Assembly (NCBI GenBank): GCA_951406725.2
Contig: OX597826.1
Span: forward strand, 41,850,001 to 41,914,000
Source of the DNA: Octopus vulgaris
Lineage: Eukaryota
Direction of reading: 5' to 3'
DNA length: 64,000 nucleotides
Part shown: one piece after another, positions 1-13,658 of the stretch
Numbering within the stretch: position 1 is the stretch's first letter
How the letters are laid out: the number at the start of each line of letters is the position of its first letter
Made by a program: the position numbers and the translations under genes
Notes under the pieces: model-generated
The model's database searches: none
What the model was told of the DNA's origin: nothing
The model's input: the letters and a program-made list of their open reading frames with translations, nothing else

Positions 1-520
1 GTGTGTATTTAGGAAAGTTCCAGATAGAGACTTCACAGTATATAAAGTATAAAAAAGTAGATAGAAGAATAAATATAAAAGAATAAAGTTTACCGTTGAT
101 CTTGTTCCAGTGGGTATGGTTCTTAGTCCGTACTTCCGTGTAAGTATAGCCCCTTAAGTATAATCCCAGTTTGTAAAAAAAATGCGGATTATTTTTCTTA
201 CAACTTAACCATTTGATCTATTCCCTCAGTCTGAATGCAACATTCAAAATACTGCCTGGATTTAGCTGGGATTATATATTTAAGGGGCCATACTTACACG
301 GAATTACGGACTAAATTCCATACCCTCTGGAACAAGATGAACTGTGAACTTTATTCTTCTGTCTTTATTCTTCCATCTACTGTTTGATTCTTTTATATGC
401 TGTGAATTCTCTGTCTGGAACTTTCCTACATACGCATCCTGTCTCTGGTGACGGTATAGCCAGTGTATGGAGATGCTGACCCATCAACTGGGATATCTCA
501 GAAACAGCTGTAAGACGTTA
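1..520 (+). mobile_element. Penelope-like element terminal remnant with inverted arms (1-169 vs 266-437), runs off window start
   Basis: 1-169 is an imperfect reverse complement of 266-437 (cttccgtgtaagtatagccccttaa / ttaaggggccatacttacacggaa), followed by a hammerhead-like motif; inverted pseudo-LTR plus hammerhead is the PLE architecture. Confidence 0.6.
441..516 (+). ncRNA. Minimal type I hammerhead ribozyme-like motif (core variant)
   Basis: GTCT-CTGGTGA-[stem II ccagt/actgg]-GAAA-CAGCTG-TA-AGAC; stem I GTCT/AGAC, palindromic stem III, one core mismatch to CUGANGA. Confidence 0.55.
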
Positions 521-638
521 ATTATTTGTACTACTCCATTTTTGATTCGCCTTACCCTAATTAAATATTCTAAATGACCTGAGATACTCGTGCTGCCTTG
601 GTTTCGTTTTCATTTTCTTTTAATATTCTTTTACAAGA

Positions 639-669
<31 letters not shown>

Positions 670-676
670 TACATAC

Positions 677-741
<65 letters not shown>

Positions 742-835
742 TGTATATTTACATATATAAGTACACGGACACATACGCACACAGAAACATACACGCATAC
801 ACAATATACTACACACACAAACACAGATTCTCACA

Positions 836-889
<54 letters not shown>

Positions 890-1439
890 TATTGATCAAT
901 TCCTAGATCGATAATCCAGTAAAATCTGTCTTCCTCATTTGTTTAGATTTCCTCATTGTTAACATTGAGGTGTATTATTTCGTACGAGACTGTATTTGTT
1001 CCGATATCTTTACGTAATTTACCGTTCCAAACCGGAAATAGTCTTTCATACTAGCGTTCAATTGGAGCACATCTTTCTTGTCCTCAGCACCATCTTCTCT
1101 CTCTATTGTTCTTTGAAGTATACCGTAACAGAAGTGCACTCTCTCACTCTTCCTCCACTCTCTGTCTCTCTCTCTCTCTCTGCACATTTTACACTTTGTC
1201 TCTCTCTCTTCTCTGTCTTCAGCGCTCAACATTACATTGTTTTTTTTTTCTGTAATTCTTGTTTTATCGTCTGATAAGCAGTGTCACAGTTCCCAGATTG
1301 ATTCGTTTTGTATGTTTTAAAAATATTTCTTCGTTTCCTGTCAACCTGGCTTACTGCATATTCCATTTCGTACATTTTTCACCACTCGCTGCCTTGTGTA
1401 TTTATCCCGTCTTTCTATCTATCAGTCTCTCTGCTTATG

Positions 1440-2240
<801 letters not shown>

Positions 2241-3090
2241 TGCTCTTCCTTTCTTTATCTCTCTCTCTACCTACCTGACTGCCACTGATTATTGTTGCAT
2301 GTTTCAGGTAATAGCAGGTAAAAATCCGCAGATATAACCGCTTCACTTTGTCAACAGTGTTGGCAGAGACCTTTTAAGGTTCTTGACAACCAACGAGATC
2401 CCTCTTAATTGCGCTCGAACGGCCGTCGTCACTCAGGATATCAATGATTAATAACACAGGGTAGTAGTGGTGGTGGTGGTGGTGTTAGTGGTGGTTGTGT
2501 TAGTGGAAATGATGACGATAATGATAACGATGGTGATTTATTTCTTTACATCTTTATTTGTTTTGCATAAATGATTAAGGTGCTCAGATAGGGGTTAGCC
2601 TCTTTAATGCTAACCATTAACTATGATTCAGTAGGAAGATAGTGCACTCAATGATGATGATGATGGTGATGATAACAGTGGCGGTGGTGGTGGTGATGAT
2701 GATATTGACGACCATGGTGATGATGATGATGATGATGATGATAATGGTGGTGGTGGTGGTGATGGTTGTGGTGGTGATGATGATCATGGCAATAATGGTG
2801 ATGGAGGTGATGATGATGATGATTATGATGATAGCGGTGGAGGTGGTAGTAAGAGTGGGGTTGGTCATGTTCGTGACAATGATAGTGATGATAACTATGG
2901 TGATGATGATGCTGTTCATGATGATGCGATGTTGTTGATGATGATAGTGATAGTAACTTTAACCCCTCCCCCATTAAACACACAAACACGGTTGCACGTA
3001 CATGTGAAAACTGGAATGGAGTAACATAACACAAAATAATTTGGTAATATGAGTGATGATAGTAAAAATAATGTAAATAATGATAACAAA

Positions 3091-3700
3091 GCGGCGAGCT
3101 GGCAGAAACGTTAGCACGCCGGGCAAAATGCTTACCGGTATTTCGTCTGCCGCTACGTTCCTGAGTTCAAATTCCGCCCAGGTCGACTTTGCCATTCATC
3201 CTTTCGGGGTCGATTAAATAAGTACCAGTTACGCACTGGGGTCGATATAATCGACTTAATCCGTTTGTCTTTCCTTGTTTGTCCTCTCTGTGTTTAACTC
3301 CTTGTGGGTAGTAAAGAAATAGTTTCGCTCCTTGTGAGTAATAAAGAAATAGGTATTTCGTCTGCCGCTACGTTCTGAGTTCAAATTCCGACGATGTAGA
3401 CTTTGCCTTTCATCCTTTCGGGGTCGATTAAATAAGTACCAGTTACGCACTGGGGTCGATATAATTGACTTAATCCGTTTGTCTGTTCTTGTTTGTCCTC
3501 TCTGTGTTTAGCCCCTTGTGGGTAGTAAAGAAATAGGTATTTCGTCTGTCGTTACGTCCTGAGTTCAAATTCCACCGAGGTCGACTTTACCTTTCATCCT
3601 TTCGGGATCGATAAATTATGTACCAGTTGCATACTGGGGGTTAATCTAATCGACTTGTGCCCTCCCTCAAAATTTCGGGGCCTAGAATAGTAAAGAATAA
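3091..3700 (+). mobile_element. tRNA-derived SINE family 1, trimer
   Basis: A-box-like TGGCAGAAACGTTAG, B-box GAGTTCAAATTCC, core gtcgactttgcctttcatcctttcggggtcgat three times, units joined at aaagaaata-ggtatttcgtctg. Confidence 0.9.
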
Positions 3701-3707
3701 TAATAAT

Positions 3708-4060
3708 ACCTGACTGGAAGTGTTATCATGTACCTTGTTTTGTCTTGATATAAATCATGGGCTACAGCAAATATTCTGCTGAATACCACAGATTTGCTTG
3801 ACCATGACCAGTTGAGCATGTCCCTTAGTGGCTGATGATATGTGAATCCCTGATCACGAGCGGAAGTATTGGGGAAGCATCAAAGCCACGTGTTGAAAGG
3901 AATTCTTTGGGGTTTGGATAATTTACGTTTGGAAACATGGGTATTTCGTTCAGCATCCTTAAACAACCCTTATTCCGGGACCTTTTGAGTGGGATGGGCT
4001 ACTCGATCTGAAGAAAATTCTAACTGGGCCTCACCTGCAAGGTCATGTGCTATTAATCGT
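3708..4060 (+). repeat. Interspersed repeat (probable LINE 3'UTR), same family as 45773-46265 and 44859-44992
   Basis: gggctacagcaaatattctgct, aaacaacccttattccgggaccttttgag and gaagaaaattctaactggg match the reverse complement of 45900-46200. Confidence 0.7.
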
Positions 4061-4214
4061 GCATGATGAAGGCTTGAGCGAAAAGGAAAATACCTGTCCA
4101 GTCCTTTCAACCTCCTCCACCACACTATCTCTTTCGCCATAACCACCAGACAGAAAAAAACTGTCTTGCCTTCGCCCCCCCCCCCCCAAAAAAAAAAAGC
4201 AGAAGAGCGATCTT

Positions 4215-5745
4215 CACGATAGACTCGACTGATAACTGGTTCCGCCCTACAGGGGATTTTCCAAGGAGACTTCTCTCTCTGTTACTCTTCGTCGTTGCGT
4301 TAATCCTTCTGAGAAGTATACTAAAAATCCGCGGTTGCCTATGGGCTTACCAAATCTAAGACGAAAATAAATCACCTACTTCATATGGATGACCTCAAAC
4401 TGTATAGGAAAATTAAGACAAGCGTAAATACTTTGATCCAAACAATGAGAATATTCTGTAAAGATAGTGAAATGCAGATCGGGATAAATAAGTGCGCAGT
4501 ACTAGTTATGAAGAGAAGCAGGAAGGTAAAGCCCGATGGTATAAAATTACGAAATAACATCGTTAAATGTTAATGAGGGGTAAACATATCTAGGAGTTCT
4601 GCAACACGATACGATAATGGAACGAGAAATGAGAGAGAAAGTCAGTCAGTAAAGTGTACAAGAGGAGAATTAGGAAGCTGCTCGAAACAAAATTAATTGG
4701 AAGGAACATTGTGAAATCCGTAAGTACATGGGCTATAGCCATACTGAGATATTCTGCTCTGTTTCTGAAATGAACAAAGAACGAGCTACAGAACTTGAAT
4801 AGAAGAACTAGAAAGCTGCTCACAATTCACACCGCACTCCAACTTAAAAGTAATACTCACCGACTCTATTAATCAAGAAAGTAAAGTGTAGAGGATTACA
4901 AAATGTAGAAGTCACTGTTAATACTGTGATATTGGATCTGAAAAATTATGTTGTGCAAAGTAAGAAAGAATACTTTCGGTAATCAGAGATACACAAGAAG
5001 TGACTGAAGCAGTTGGAGAATACAAAGAGAAAAGGGACAACAGAACAAAAAAAAAAAATGAAAACAAATAAAGCTACATGGCCAGTTCATGCAACAAATC
5101 TAAAATGTTGTAAGTAAAGAATGCTGGCTCTTATTGACAAACAGGAATTTGACGAGAGACCCAAATACTAATTTTAGCCGCCCAGAAACAAACTATTAAA
5201 ACTAATCTGATAAACTCAGTCAGACAGCAAACGCAGAGTATGCTGGAAAGGAGTCGAAAGTATCAATCACCTTTTGAGTGAGTGCAGTAAACTCACACAA
5301 AGGGAGTATAAGCGTAGGCATGACTCTGTAGACAAAATAGTCCATTGGAGTGCTAGCCGAGTAAGTGGCTTTAAAATAACAGAAAAGTGGTATGAATATG
5401 AATTATAAGGGTTGTGATAGGAAAAGGTGCAAGATGTGATAAGGGTTTTGATAGGAGAAAGTACAAGATGTGGTAAGGGTTGTGATAAGAAAAGGTGCAA
5501 GATCATAGATTTCGCAATTCCCTCTGATAACAGAGTCGATACAAAAGAAATTGAAAAAAAAAAAGAAAAATATCAGGACCCAGCCAGAGAATTAGGGAGA
5601 CTGTGGAAGACTAAGACAGTAGTTACTACTGTAGTAATTGGTGCACTTGAAATATCACAACGAAAGAGTTACAGACAAAGACAGCATCGACATAATTTAT
5701 GATGGGCGTTCATTAAGAAGCTCCCTACACAAGTCAAACTTAATC
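4215..5745 (+). mobile_element. Decayed R4/Dong-type RLE LINE fragment (RT to endonuclease)
   Basis: INHLLHMDDLKLY, KLHGQF, RVCWKGVESINHLLSECSKL (CCHC), KRRHD, CKIIDFAIPSDNRV..KEIEK; many stops and frameshifts. Confidence 0.9.
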
Positions 5746-6229
5746 CAATAACATCGGTGCAATGGAAGGAAAACTCCACAAAACAACTATGGGAAAATAT
5801 CTTTTAATGAAAAGGAATTAAATAATCGGAAATATGTTTGTTATGTGAAATTTATTCTCTTTTTTAAATGCACGACATCTCGATGTGACATATGCAAAAC
5901 GTCGAAACCAATAGCAGGAACCCTGGAAAAACACACCAATTACACAGTGAATACATAAATTGTATAATTACCTATACATGCAGCTGTTCATACTTACATG
6001 TGCACATTTTAATATCTGTAAGCAAAATAAATAATGTCTACACTACACACGTACATACGTACATACACAAAAAAACCCACATGTCATAAGTGACGCAAAA
6101 CCAAACAAAAACAAAGCGACTTCCTCCGAACGAACATAAAAAGGAGCAAATTAGCCACTCAATTTAAAATATCACTAAACAAGTATGCCCGGAAACATAG
6201 CCGCCAAAATAAAATAGAAGCGAATTTCG

Positions 6230-8375
6230 ATGTAAGCCTTATACGTCTACGATATGAGAAAAATATCCAGTCGAGGAACACGGAAGCGGTGTCATGTCAA
6301 AAAGTTAACCCTAAACAAAGAAACCCGTCCTCTAATGTCACCGTCAATACTTTAATGACAAGCCAAAACTCATGCCGGATCGGTCATCGCCCGGGACAAC
6401 AAGGACCACGTTACACAGTGGAGAACCAGATTGGGGCAAAAAGTCTGCTGCTGGAACATACTCTCAAAACGACGATCTACCAGGTAACCAGAATCAGGAT
6501 GACCCTAACCTTAGACCTGTAGTGACGCCACCAAAAACACCGCCTAAAGCAAAACGCATAGAATGGATTAGAGAAGACTATAGGGATGTTTTGAAAGCGT
6601 TTTATAACGCCCAACTAAAACCAAGAAATAACCTCATACTACAAACATATGCTTCATGGAGAAATTTAATAGGCAATGAAGTACGTTGATATACAGATGC
6701 AAATAACTAAAGTAATGTACGTATAGATACCATTAAGAACAAGAGATCAACTGACGCTGAAATTATCCAAATTAGGACACAAATATCTCATGGTAGACCA
6801 AATGAAAACAGCAACAATGCAGATGAAATAGGTAACAGATTCACAGAACCCAGTTTACAAACAATATATCCCAAAGAGGAAGCTGGACAGAGAATAGCGA
6901 AAAACAGATATGTGGAAAAAGCGAATGTAGACTTGCCTCAAGAACACCAAAATAGATATGACATAGAATTTGAGGTGAATAATAAAGAAAAGATCACAGA
7001 AGCAAAAGAAGATATTATGAAAGAACTCATCAATACTGAGTTTTCTGACATGGTCAATAGAGAACTGCTACCAAAGCTTCCAAACAACACAAAAAATAAC
7101 AACGTAATCTTAATATATAACGTTGTTATTAGACAGATCTTAAGAAATAAAGGGAATTATCTGAAGACCTTATTAAGATGACACTGAAAAGAAACAGCCA
7201 TGTCAATAAACTTCCAAAGTGGGAAGTGGCAATACAAAAAAAGATTGAATCTCTGCGGTCGGATGTATCAGTTCTCGATGAACTTGCAAGAGGAGTAAAC
7301 AAGGAATTGTTGGAACAACGCGTACAGCTGAAAGCACAACGGCTTAGAAGATATGATAAAAGAATTAAATTTTATCGACAAAACGAAGTAATCAAGACAA
7401 ATGCAAGGAAATTTTATAGGGAAATAGACAAAAGTAAGACAGGAGTAAAGGAGCCACCTAAGACTAAGGAAATGGAAGAAGATATGGAGCAACGAAAACG
7501 TATATAATGCCGAAGCTGATTTGATAGAACGTGAGAGCGACTGGATGAAGTTGGAGAGCAGAAATGGGAGGCAATAAGAATAGATGTGTTCTTAGGAAGT
7601 CTCACAAATGGGAAACCCCAGGACTGGACCGAACCCCAAACTTCTGACTGCATTGTTTGACAGACGTACACCAAAATCTGGCTACATCACTAACTGTTGT
7701 CATTCAGAACCCAGAGCAAATACCTGCCTACAGGAAAGTGTTTGATAGTATCCCACATAAATAGCTACTCTATGCCTTCGCCTATCGTCTCCAAATTCTT
7801 ACAAGGCAGCATGGCCAAGTGGAACACGCATCCTTTTCTAAACCATAGTAATGGAATGAGCCAATCCAAAAACATCAATATCAAACGAGGCATCTTCCAA
7901 GGTGACTCCCTCTCTCTATTACTTTTTTGCATGGCACTGATCCCACACTCAAACACAAGGTGTGGGTACCCACTTTTTAGCACAATTATAAACCATATGT
8001 TTTTCATGGACGATCTGAAGCTGTTTGCTAGGAATGGCCAAGAGCTAATAGAACTAACAACTGTTAAAGAGTTTAGCAATGACATCGGGATGGATTTTGG
8101 TCTCGATATGAGTGCTAAAGCAACTTTTGTAAGAGGCAATCTCAGACAAACAGTTTCAGTTAAATTAGATACCGACTCTACCATCAAGGAACCTGATTCA
8201 CAAGAATGTTATAAATACTTGGGGATAAACGAAGAGTATGGTATATATCATGCTATTATGAAGGAAAAAATAATAAGTACTATAGGAGAATAAGACTTTA
8301 CTAAAGACTGAACTCAACTCGAAAAATCGCATCGAAGCCATTAACACTTTGGTACTATCAGTAGTCCAATAGTTA
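6230..8375 (+). mobile_element. Decayed R4/Dong-type LINE, N-terminal region plus RT, 3' part missing
   Basis: N-terminal KRIEWIREDYRDVLKAFY, KAQRLRRYDKR..FYRQN, NIKRGIFQGDSLSLLLFC, HMFFMDDLKLF, DIGMDFGLD, YKYLGI. Confidence 0.9.
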
Positions 8376-8499
8376 TAACATCAACGACGAGGACGACGAT
8401 GTTATAACGACGATGGTGATAACGATAAGGATGCTTTGGCTCTCAAATATCCAAGATGTTTAGGTGAGTCAAAAGGCGAAATATATAGGAAAACAACAA

Positions 8500-9920
8500 A
8501 TAGGAAAGAGCGCATTGTTATGCTGTTAATGAAGGGATATTGCATCTGAGTGCAGGTCGATCTCATCATCCTGTGCGCATTACAGAGAAGCTTGGTTGAC
8601 GGTGGATTCTACAAAGTCATGCCTGTACAATTTATCCCGAACAAGCAATGCCACTTGTAGCACTACAAAGTCAAGAACTTTTGGAATTGTTTATAATCTC
8701 TGATCTGAAGGTATTCCCCCTTGTATAAACGTTATCTACTGCCATCTGAATGTTCTATCACAACTTTCCCATTCTCATTTTTGAATGAGAATGGCAATAG
8801 CTTTTCAAGGATTTAGCAACCTAGAAATCTAGTTCGAACCAGAAAGCAAGCAACTGAATAGAACCTTGCACCCATTTTGCAAAGTAGAAACAGCTAACCT
8901 GCATGGACTTATCTGTTATGTCACTTTAGAGTACCGAGGTGCATGGCAACAAAATTATTAGGGTTAGGGTAACCCTGTTACTCTTCTAGAGTGATGCCTC
9001 CTATCCTCCCTTCCAATTTCTCCCTCCGGCACCATGACAGTGACACGGCTTTGTGCATTTTAGTTCGACTGAAAGGCTTCTCAGAAAAAGCACGCACTGC
9101 AAGACGGTTTCAGTAAGCAACTGTCGAGTTTGTTTAATGTAATTATAGCGCGTGCAGCGGATGAATTTCTGAAGACGAGATGAATCTTCATAGGACTGCC
9201 AGGGAGCGATGATTGACCGACTGTCGGATGCGTCTGAATTGATCTGAATTCCCATAAAAACCAGATCTTGCTGTGCCGCTCGACAATATTGTACGTTGGG
9301 CAGATCATCGGGGACAAATCCAGTGGGGCTCGTACAAGGATTTGCATTTCCAATTATTCTCTTGGTGTTTACCTCTTCACTTCTGTGTTGAGAAGAGTTG
9401 TGGGCTTGAACTTGTCAAGCCCACAATCACCATTTTTCGACTACTTGGACACCATTTTTCGACTACTTGGACTCTCAATCTGCAACCAAGACCGATGTCA
9501 AGACAGCATCAGCGAGGTCTGGCATGGAGCAATGACGTTCGTAAGTTAGACTCCTCAGTTCTGGTAGGATGTCTAGATTGACATCGAATTCCACCGTTTC
9601 AGGTTCAATACTCTATACAGCATTCCAATGCAATGACGTTGAAAATCTGCACATTTGATTGAAAGCGGATAGCACTTTTATGCGGTTCGTAAAGCTACAA
9701 AACCTCGCTAGGTGGCACTGCAACGCCTTCGTTACCCACTTCCGTCGAACGGAGTTTTCGCCATCGTGTTTTTCAGCATATGTCTTAGCATGATCAATTC
9801 GTTTTTTGTGATTCCAATAGAGAAGGTGATCAAGGGCCATTCTCGCAGAAAGCATGCCATGATCAATACATTCTTCAGCGTTAGCTCCTTCAAAGGGGAC
9901 GACTCTGATGCAAGCTAATG
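8500..9920 (-). mobile_element. Heavily decayed L1/Tx1-clade LINE ORF2 fragment
   Basis: Manual minus-strand translation gives ARMALDHLL, GDCGLDKFKPTTLLNTEVK (like NFRPITLLNTDxK), INSD..VNHRSLAVL (like INLDQxKAFDRVDH) and LAFWFELD (like LGVWFGPD) in colinear order; 22 bp tandem duplication at 9428-9471. Confidence 0.65.
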
Positions 9921-9946
9921 TCCTCGTCGTTGTTGTTATTTCAGCT

Positions 9947-10595
9947 TTATCCGCACTTCTGCCTTAACATATCTTTATTATTGTCACACTGCCTTCTGCG
10001 CATGCGTGCATGTAGTTGGTACTATTGTGGTCATGTGATCGAAGTTTGAGCCTGATCACGCCATTTTTCTTTCTGGCTTTACAATGCAAGCATGGCCGCT
10101 CCACTAGCAATGCGCATCCAAGAACAAAGAGCAGTGATCCGAGAGATGGTAATGGTGAACCGGTTCATCGTTACCATCGCTCGAGCTTATTGAATTTCCT
10201 CGTCAGTGGTGGAGATTGACGGGCCTCCTGCTCCCTCTTCGTGCGTCACGCTTGTCCGGCCACTTTTAAAATTTCGATCTCTACTCATATACACTTCTAC
10301 GCGGCAGTGCCTGGTCCCCGTATTGTGCTAAAAGCCTCCGATGAATTTCAGCACCTTGACACACCTTCCAACCAGAGATCACTGCTTTTTGTTCGATGAT
10401 GCAGATTGCTAGTGGAGCGGCCATGCTTACACTGTAAAGCCAGACAAAAAAAAAAAAAAAAAATGGCGCGATCAGGCTTAAATTTCGATCGTGTGACCAT
10501 AATGGTACCAGCTATAAGCACGCATGCGCAGAAGGTAGTGTGACAATAATAAAGATATGGTGAAAGTGCGGATAATTTTTGACTTACACTCCTAT
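9947..10595 (-). mobile_element. Foldback mariner derivative with both arms from the element 5' end
   Basis: About 190 bp inverted arms starting ttatccgcactt / aagtgcggataa; interior encodes mariner HTH fragment GAEIHRRLLAQYGDQALPRRSVYE..FKSGRTSVTHEEGAG. Confidence 0.85.
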
Positions 10596-11135
10596 AATAT
10601 TTACGATATTAACGATAATCATAATTATGATTAAGAGTACAATATTGGCGGTAATAATGATGATATTGAGGATGATGGTGTTCCTGGGGATGCCGATGGT
10701 GATGATGATGATGAGAGTGGAGGGGGGGTAAATACAGTTTGGTATAGACGCACACAACGAAAACGAGAAAGAGAATTATGAAGAAAGTGAAAGAGGAATT
10801 GAGCAAGAGAGACAGAGGGAAAGAAAGAGAGAGAGATATCTTGTGTTGTTTTAATGCTGTGAAGCTGCCATTAAAATATTAAGAGATGTTAGCTTTTTTT
10901 TTTATTTTGTTTTGGTTTTTGTTCATTTCATTTTTATTTGTTTTATATATGAATTATTGCTTTTCCTTTTGTTTTCTTTTCTTGGTTGTCTTAACGTTTA
11001 CAACAATAACAACAACATCAGCAACAACGACACAAAGTTGGAAGAACGAAGTAGGTATTATCACTCTATAATGACAAACAAGATATATAAAGTGGTTTAG
11101 TTTCTTTATATTGTTTTTTGGTGAGATTTGTTATT

Positions 11136-11136
<1 letters not shown>

Positions 11137-11208
<72 letters not shown>

Positions 11209-11214
11209 TATTAC

Positions 11215-11247
<33 letters not shown>

Positions 11248-11259
11248 TTTTATTATTAC

Positions 11260-11302
<43 letters not shown>

Positions 11303-11330
11303 GTTATTATTATTGTTATTGTTATTGTTT
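11137..11330. repeat. (TTA)n microsatellite with no LINE inserted
   Basis: Directly visible. Confidence 0.97.
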
Positions 11331-12097
11331 TTTTCCGACTTTCTTTCTTTCTTTCTTTTTTCCTTCTTCCCTTCCTTTCTTTCATTATTGTAATTCATTA
11401 TTATCTCTCATATATTTATTTATTTTGGTTTCCCTCCTCCCCTCTAGCCCTGTTCCACCTCCACTGCACTTTCACTCATTTCACCTTTTCTTATTGTTTC
11501 TGTAGCGAAGCACGTATAAAACAACAACAAAACAAAAACAAAAACTAGACAAAGTCAAACAACAAAAAGTAAAGTAAAGTAAAAAAAAAAAGAGAAATCA
11601 AATTACTTGGTCGATTGCTTCGTTTCACCAAAAGATTTGACGAGGATTAAGACGACTGGCCGCTGTACAAAGCCTTAATTTCTGATGGCGACTGTATAAA
11701 TTGTAATTAATATAACACCAACGTCATTGTCGATAAAACATCCTCCAGGTTACAAAGCCAGGTGTTTTAACCATTAATCAACAGTTGAACGAAAGACCAC
11801 CCCACGACCACAACCACTGTCTTCCATATAATAATTTACATTACATCATATATCAATGTTTGTCATGGGTGTGTCTTGTTTACACACTCAGTAGCATGTT
11901 TAGATCGGTTGTATCTTGTCAATAAAACCCTTAATTAGGTGGTTATTATTTCATTAATGAACTTTTTGTGTCTGTTAATGAAGCAAACCATAGAGGAGAT
12001 AAGTGAATCGAACGGGGGAAAAAAATTAGTTTAAAAAGAAAAAAAAAATCATCTGCTGATAACTATCAGCCTTTCTATCTATTTTACTGCGGATTTT

Positions 12098-12201
<104 letters not shown>

Positions 12202-12285
12202 GTGCTTGTATGTGTTTCTCTTTTTAACCCACGCAGTGGAACACTAAATCATGATCTATCTATCTATCAATCAATCAATCAATCA

Positions 12286-12323
<38 letters not shown>

Positions 12324-12405
12324 GTCTGTTTGTCCCCCTCTCTCTCTCTATCTATCAATCTATCTATCTATCAATCAATCAATCTATCTATCTACCTATC
12401 TATCC

Positions 12406-12443
<38 letters not shown>

Positions 12444-12985
12444 TCTATTCTATTCTATTCTATTCTATTCTACTATTCTATTCTGTCCTGTTCTATCTTA
12501 TTCTACCTATCCTATTCTATCTGCCTATCTATCTTTCTGTCTGACAACTTCAGTTTCTGTAATCTATCTATGTCAATCTTTCTCAAAGATAAGTTGATTC
12601 GGTCTAGAAGCGGTTTTCTTTGATAAAAATGCTTATTTAGTTCAAAATCCAGCGTAATTGTTAAGATTTCCACGGTGGAGATCATTTATAAAATCAACCA
12701 AAAAAAAAAAAAAAAATCTTTATACTTACAAATTTGACATATTGCTGAATTTTAAATCAGATCTGTAAACTTGTGTTGCAGATTATCTTTGAGATTATTT
12801 TAACGATACTTTTCTAATTCAACAATTCTTTCTTCATGTGTGATTTGAGATCAAAATGGAGAAAGAGGGATTATAAGCAAACCTCTTTAATCTAGAGTTG
12901 TAAAGCTTTCCATGGCCAAATCTCATATGTTTCTCTCACAAAATTCTCGTATTAACTTTTGTTCGTAAGCCATAATTTTGATACC

Positions 12986-13212
12986 TATTTCTTTATTATC
13001 CACAAGGGGCTAAACACAGAGGGGACAAACAAGGACAGACATAGGTATTAAGTCGATTACATCGACCCCAGTGCGTAACTGGTACTTAATTTATCGACCC
13101 TGAAAGGATGAAAGGCAAAGTCGACCGCGGCGGAATTTGAACTCAGAACGTAACGCAGACGAAATACCGCTAAGCATTTCGCCCGGCGTGCTAACGTTTC
13201 TGCCAGCTCGCC
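12986..13212 (-). mobile_element. SINE family 1 monomer with 17 bp TSD
   Basis: TSD gccataattttgatacc at 12969-12985 and 13213-13229. Confidence 0.95.
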
Positions 13213-13395
13213 GCCATAATTTTGATACCATTGTGTGACATATTGAGCATGGGTTTGAGTTAAACAAAACTTATGAATTAAAGTGGGTTCATGAAAATTA
13301 TGTCAACGTCCAACACACGTAGTGTAGTTCTAAGTCAAAATGTCAGTCTTGTCAAATATAGTGCCGTGCAAGTTTTACCTGAGTATTATTATATT

Positions 13396-13658
13396 GGAGG
13401 TGTGTGGCTTAGTGGTTAGGGTATCAGCATCATGATCGTAAAGATTGCGGTTTCGAATCCTAGACCGGGCGACGCGTTGTGTTCTTGAGCAAAACACTTC
13501 TTTTCACGTTGCTCCAGTCCACTCAGCTGGCAGAAGTGAGTAACGCTGCGATGGACTGGCATCCCATCCAGCTGGGGAACACATACGCCATTGAAACTGG
13601 GAAACCGGGCCCATGAGCCTGGCTAAGCTTTAAAAGGGCGCATCTATTTATTTTTTGT
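13396..13658 (+). mobile_element. tRNA-derived SINE family 4
   Basis: A box TGGCTTAGTGG, B box GTTTCGAATCC, cttgagcaaaacact, gcgatggactggcatcccatccag; flanked by tattattatattg duplication. Confidence 0.85.

Noticed and set aside
8958-8976. TTAGGGTTAGGG telomeric motif
   Set aside because: Only two units
8540-9920. Possible endogenous RNA virus (DKLYRHDFV resembles a bunyaviral L endonuclease motif) or host exon
   Set aside because: Colinear L1/Tx1 RT motifs on the same strand explain the region better
8375-9939. 19 bp inverted match (ataacatcaacgacgagga / tcctcgtcgttgttgttat) bracketing the Tx1 fragment
   Set aside because: Low-complexity trinucleotide sequence with no TSD; chance is plausible
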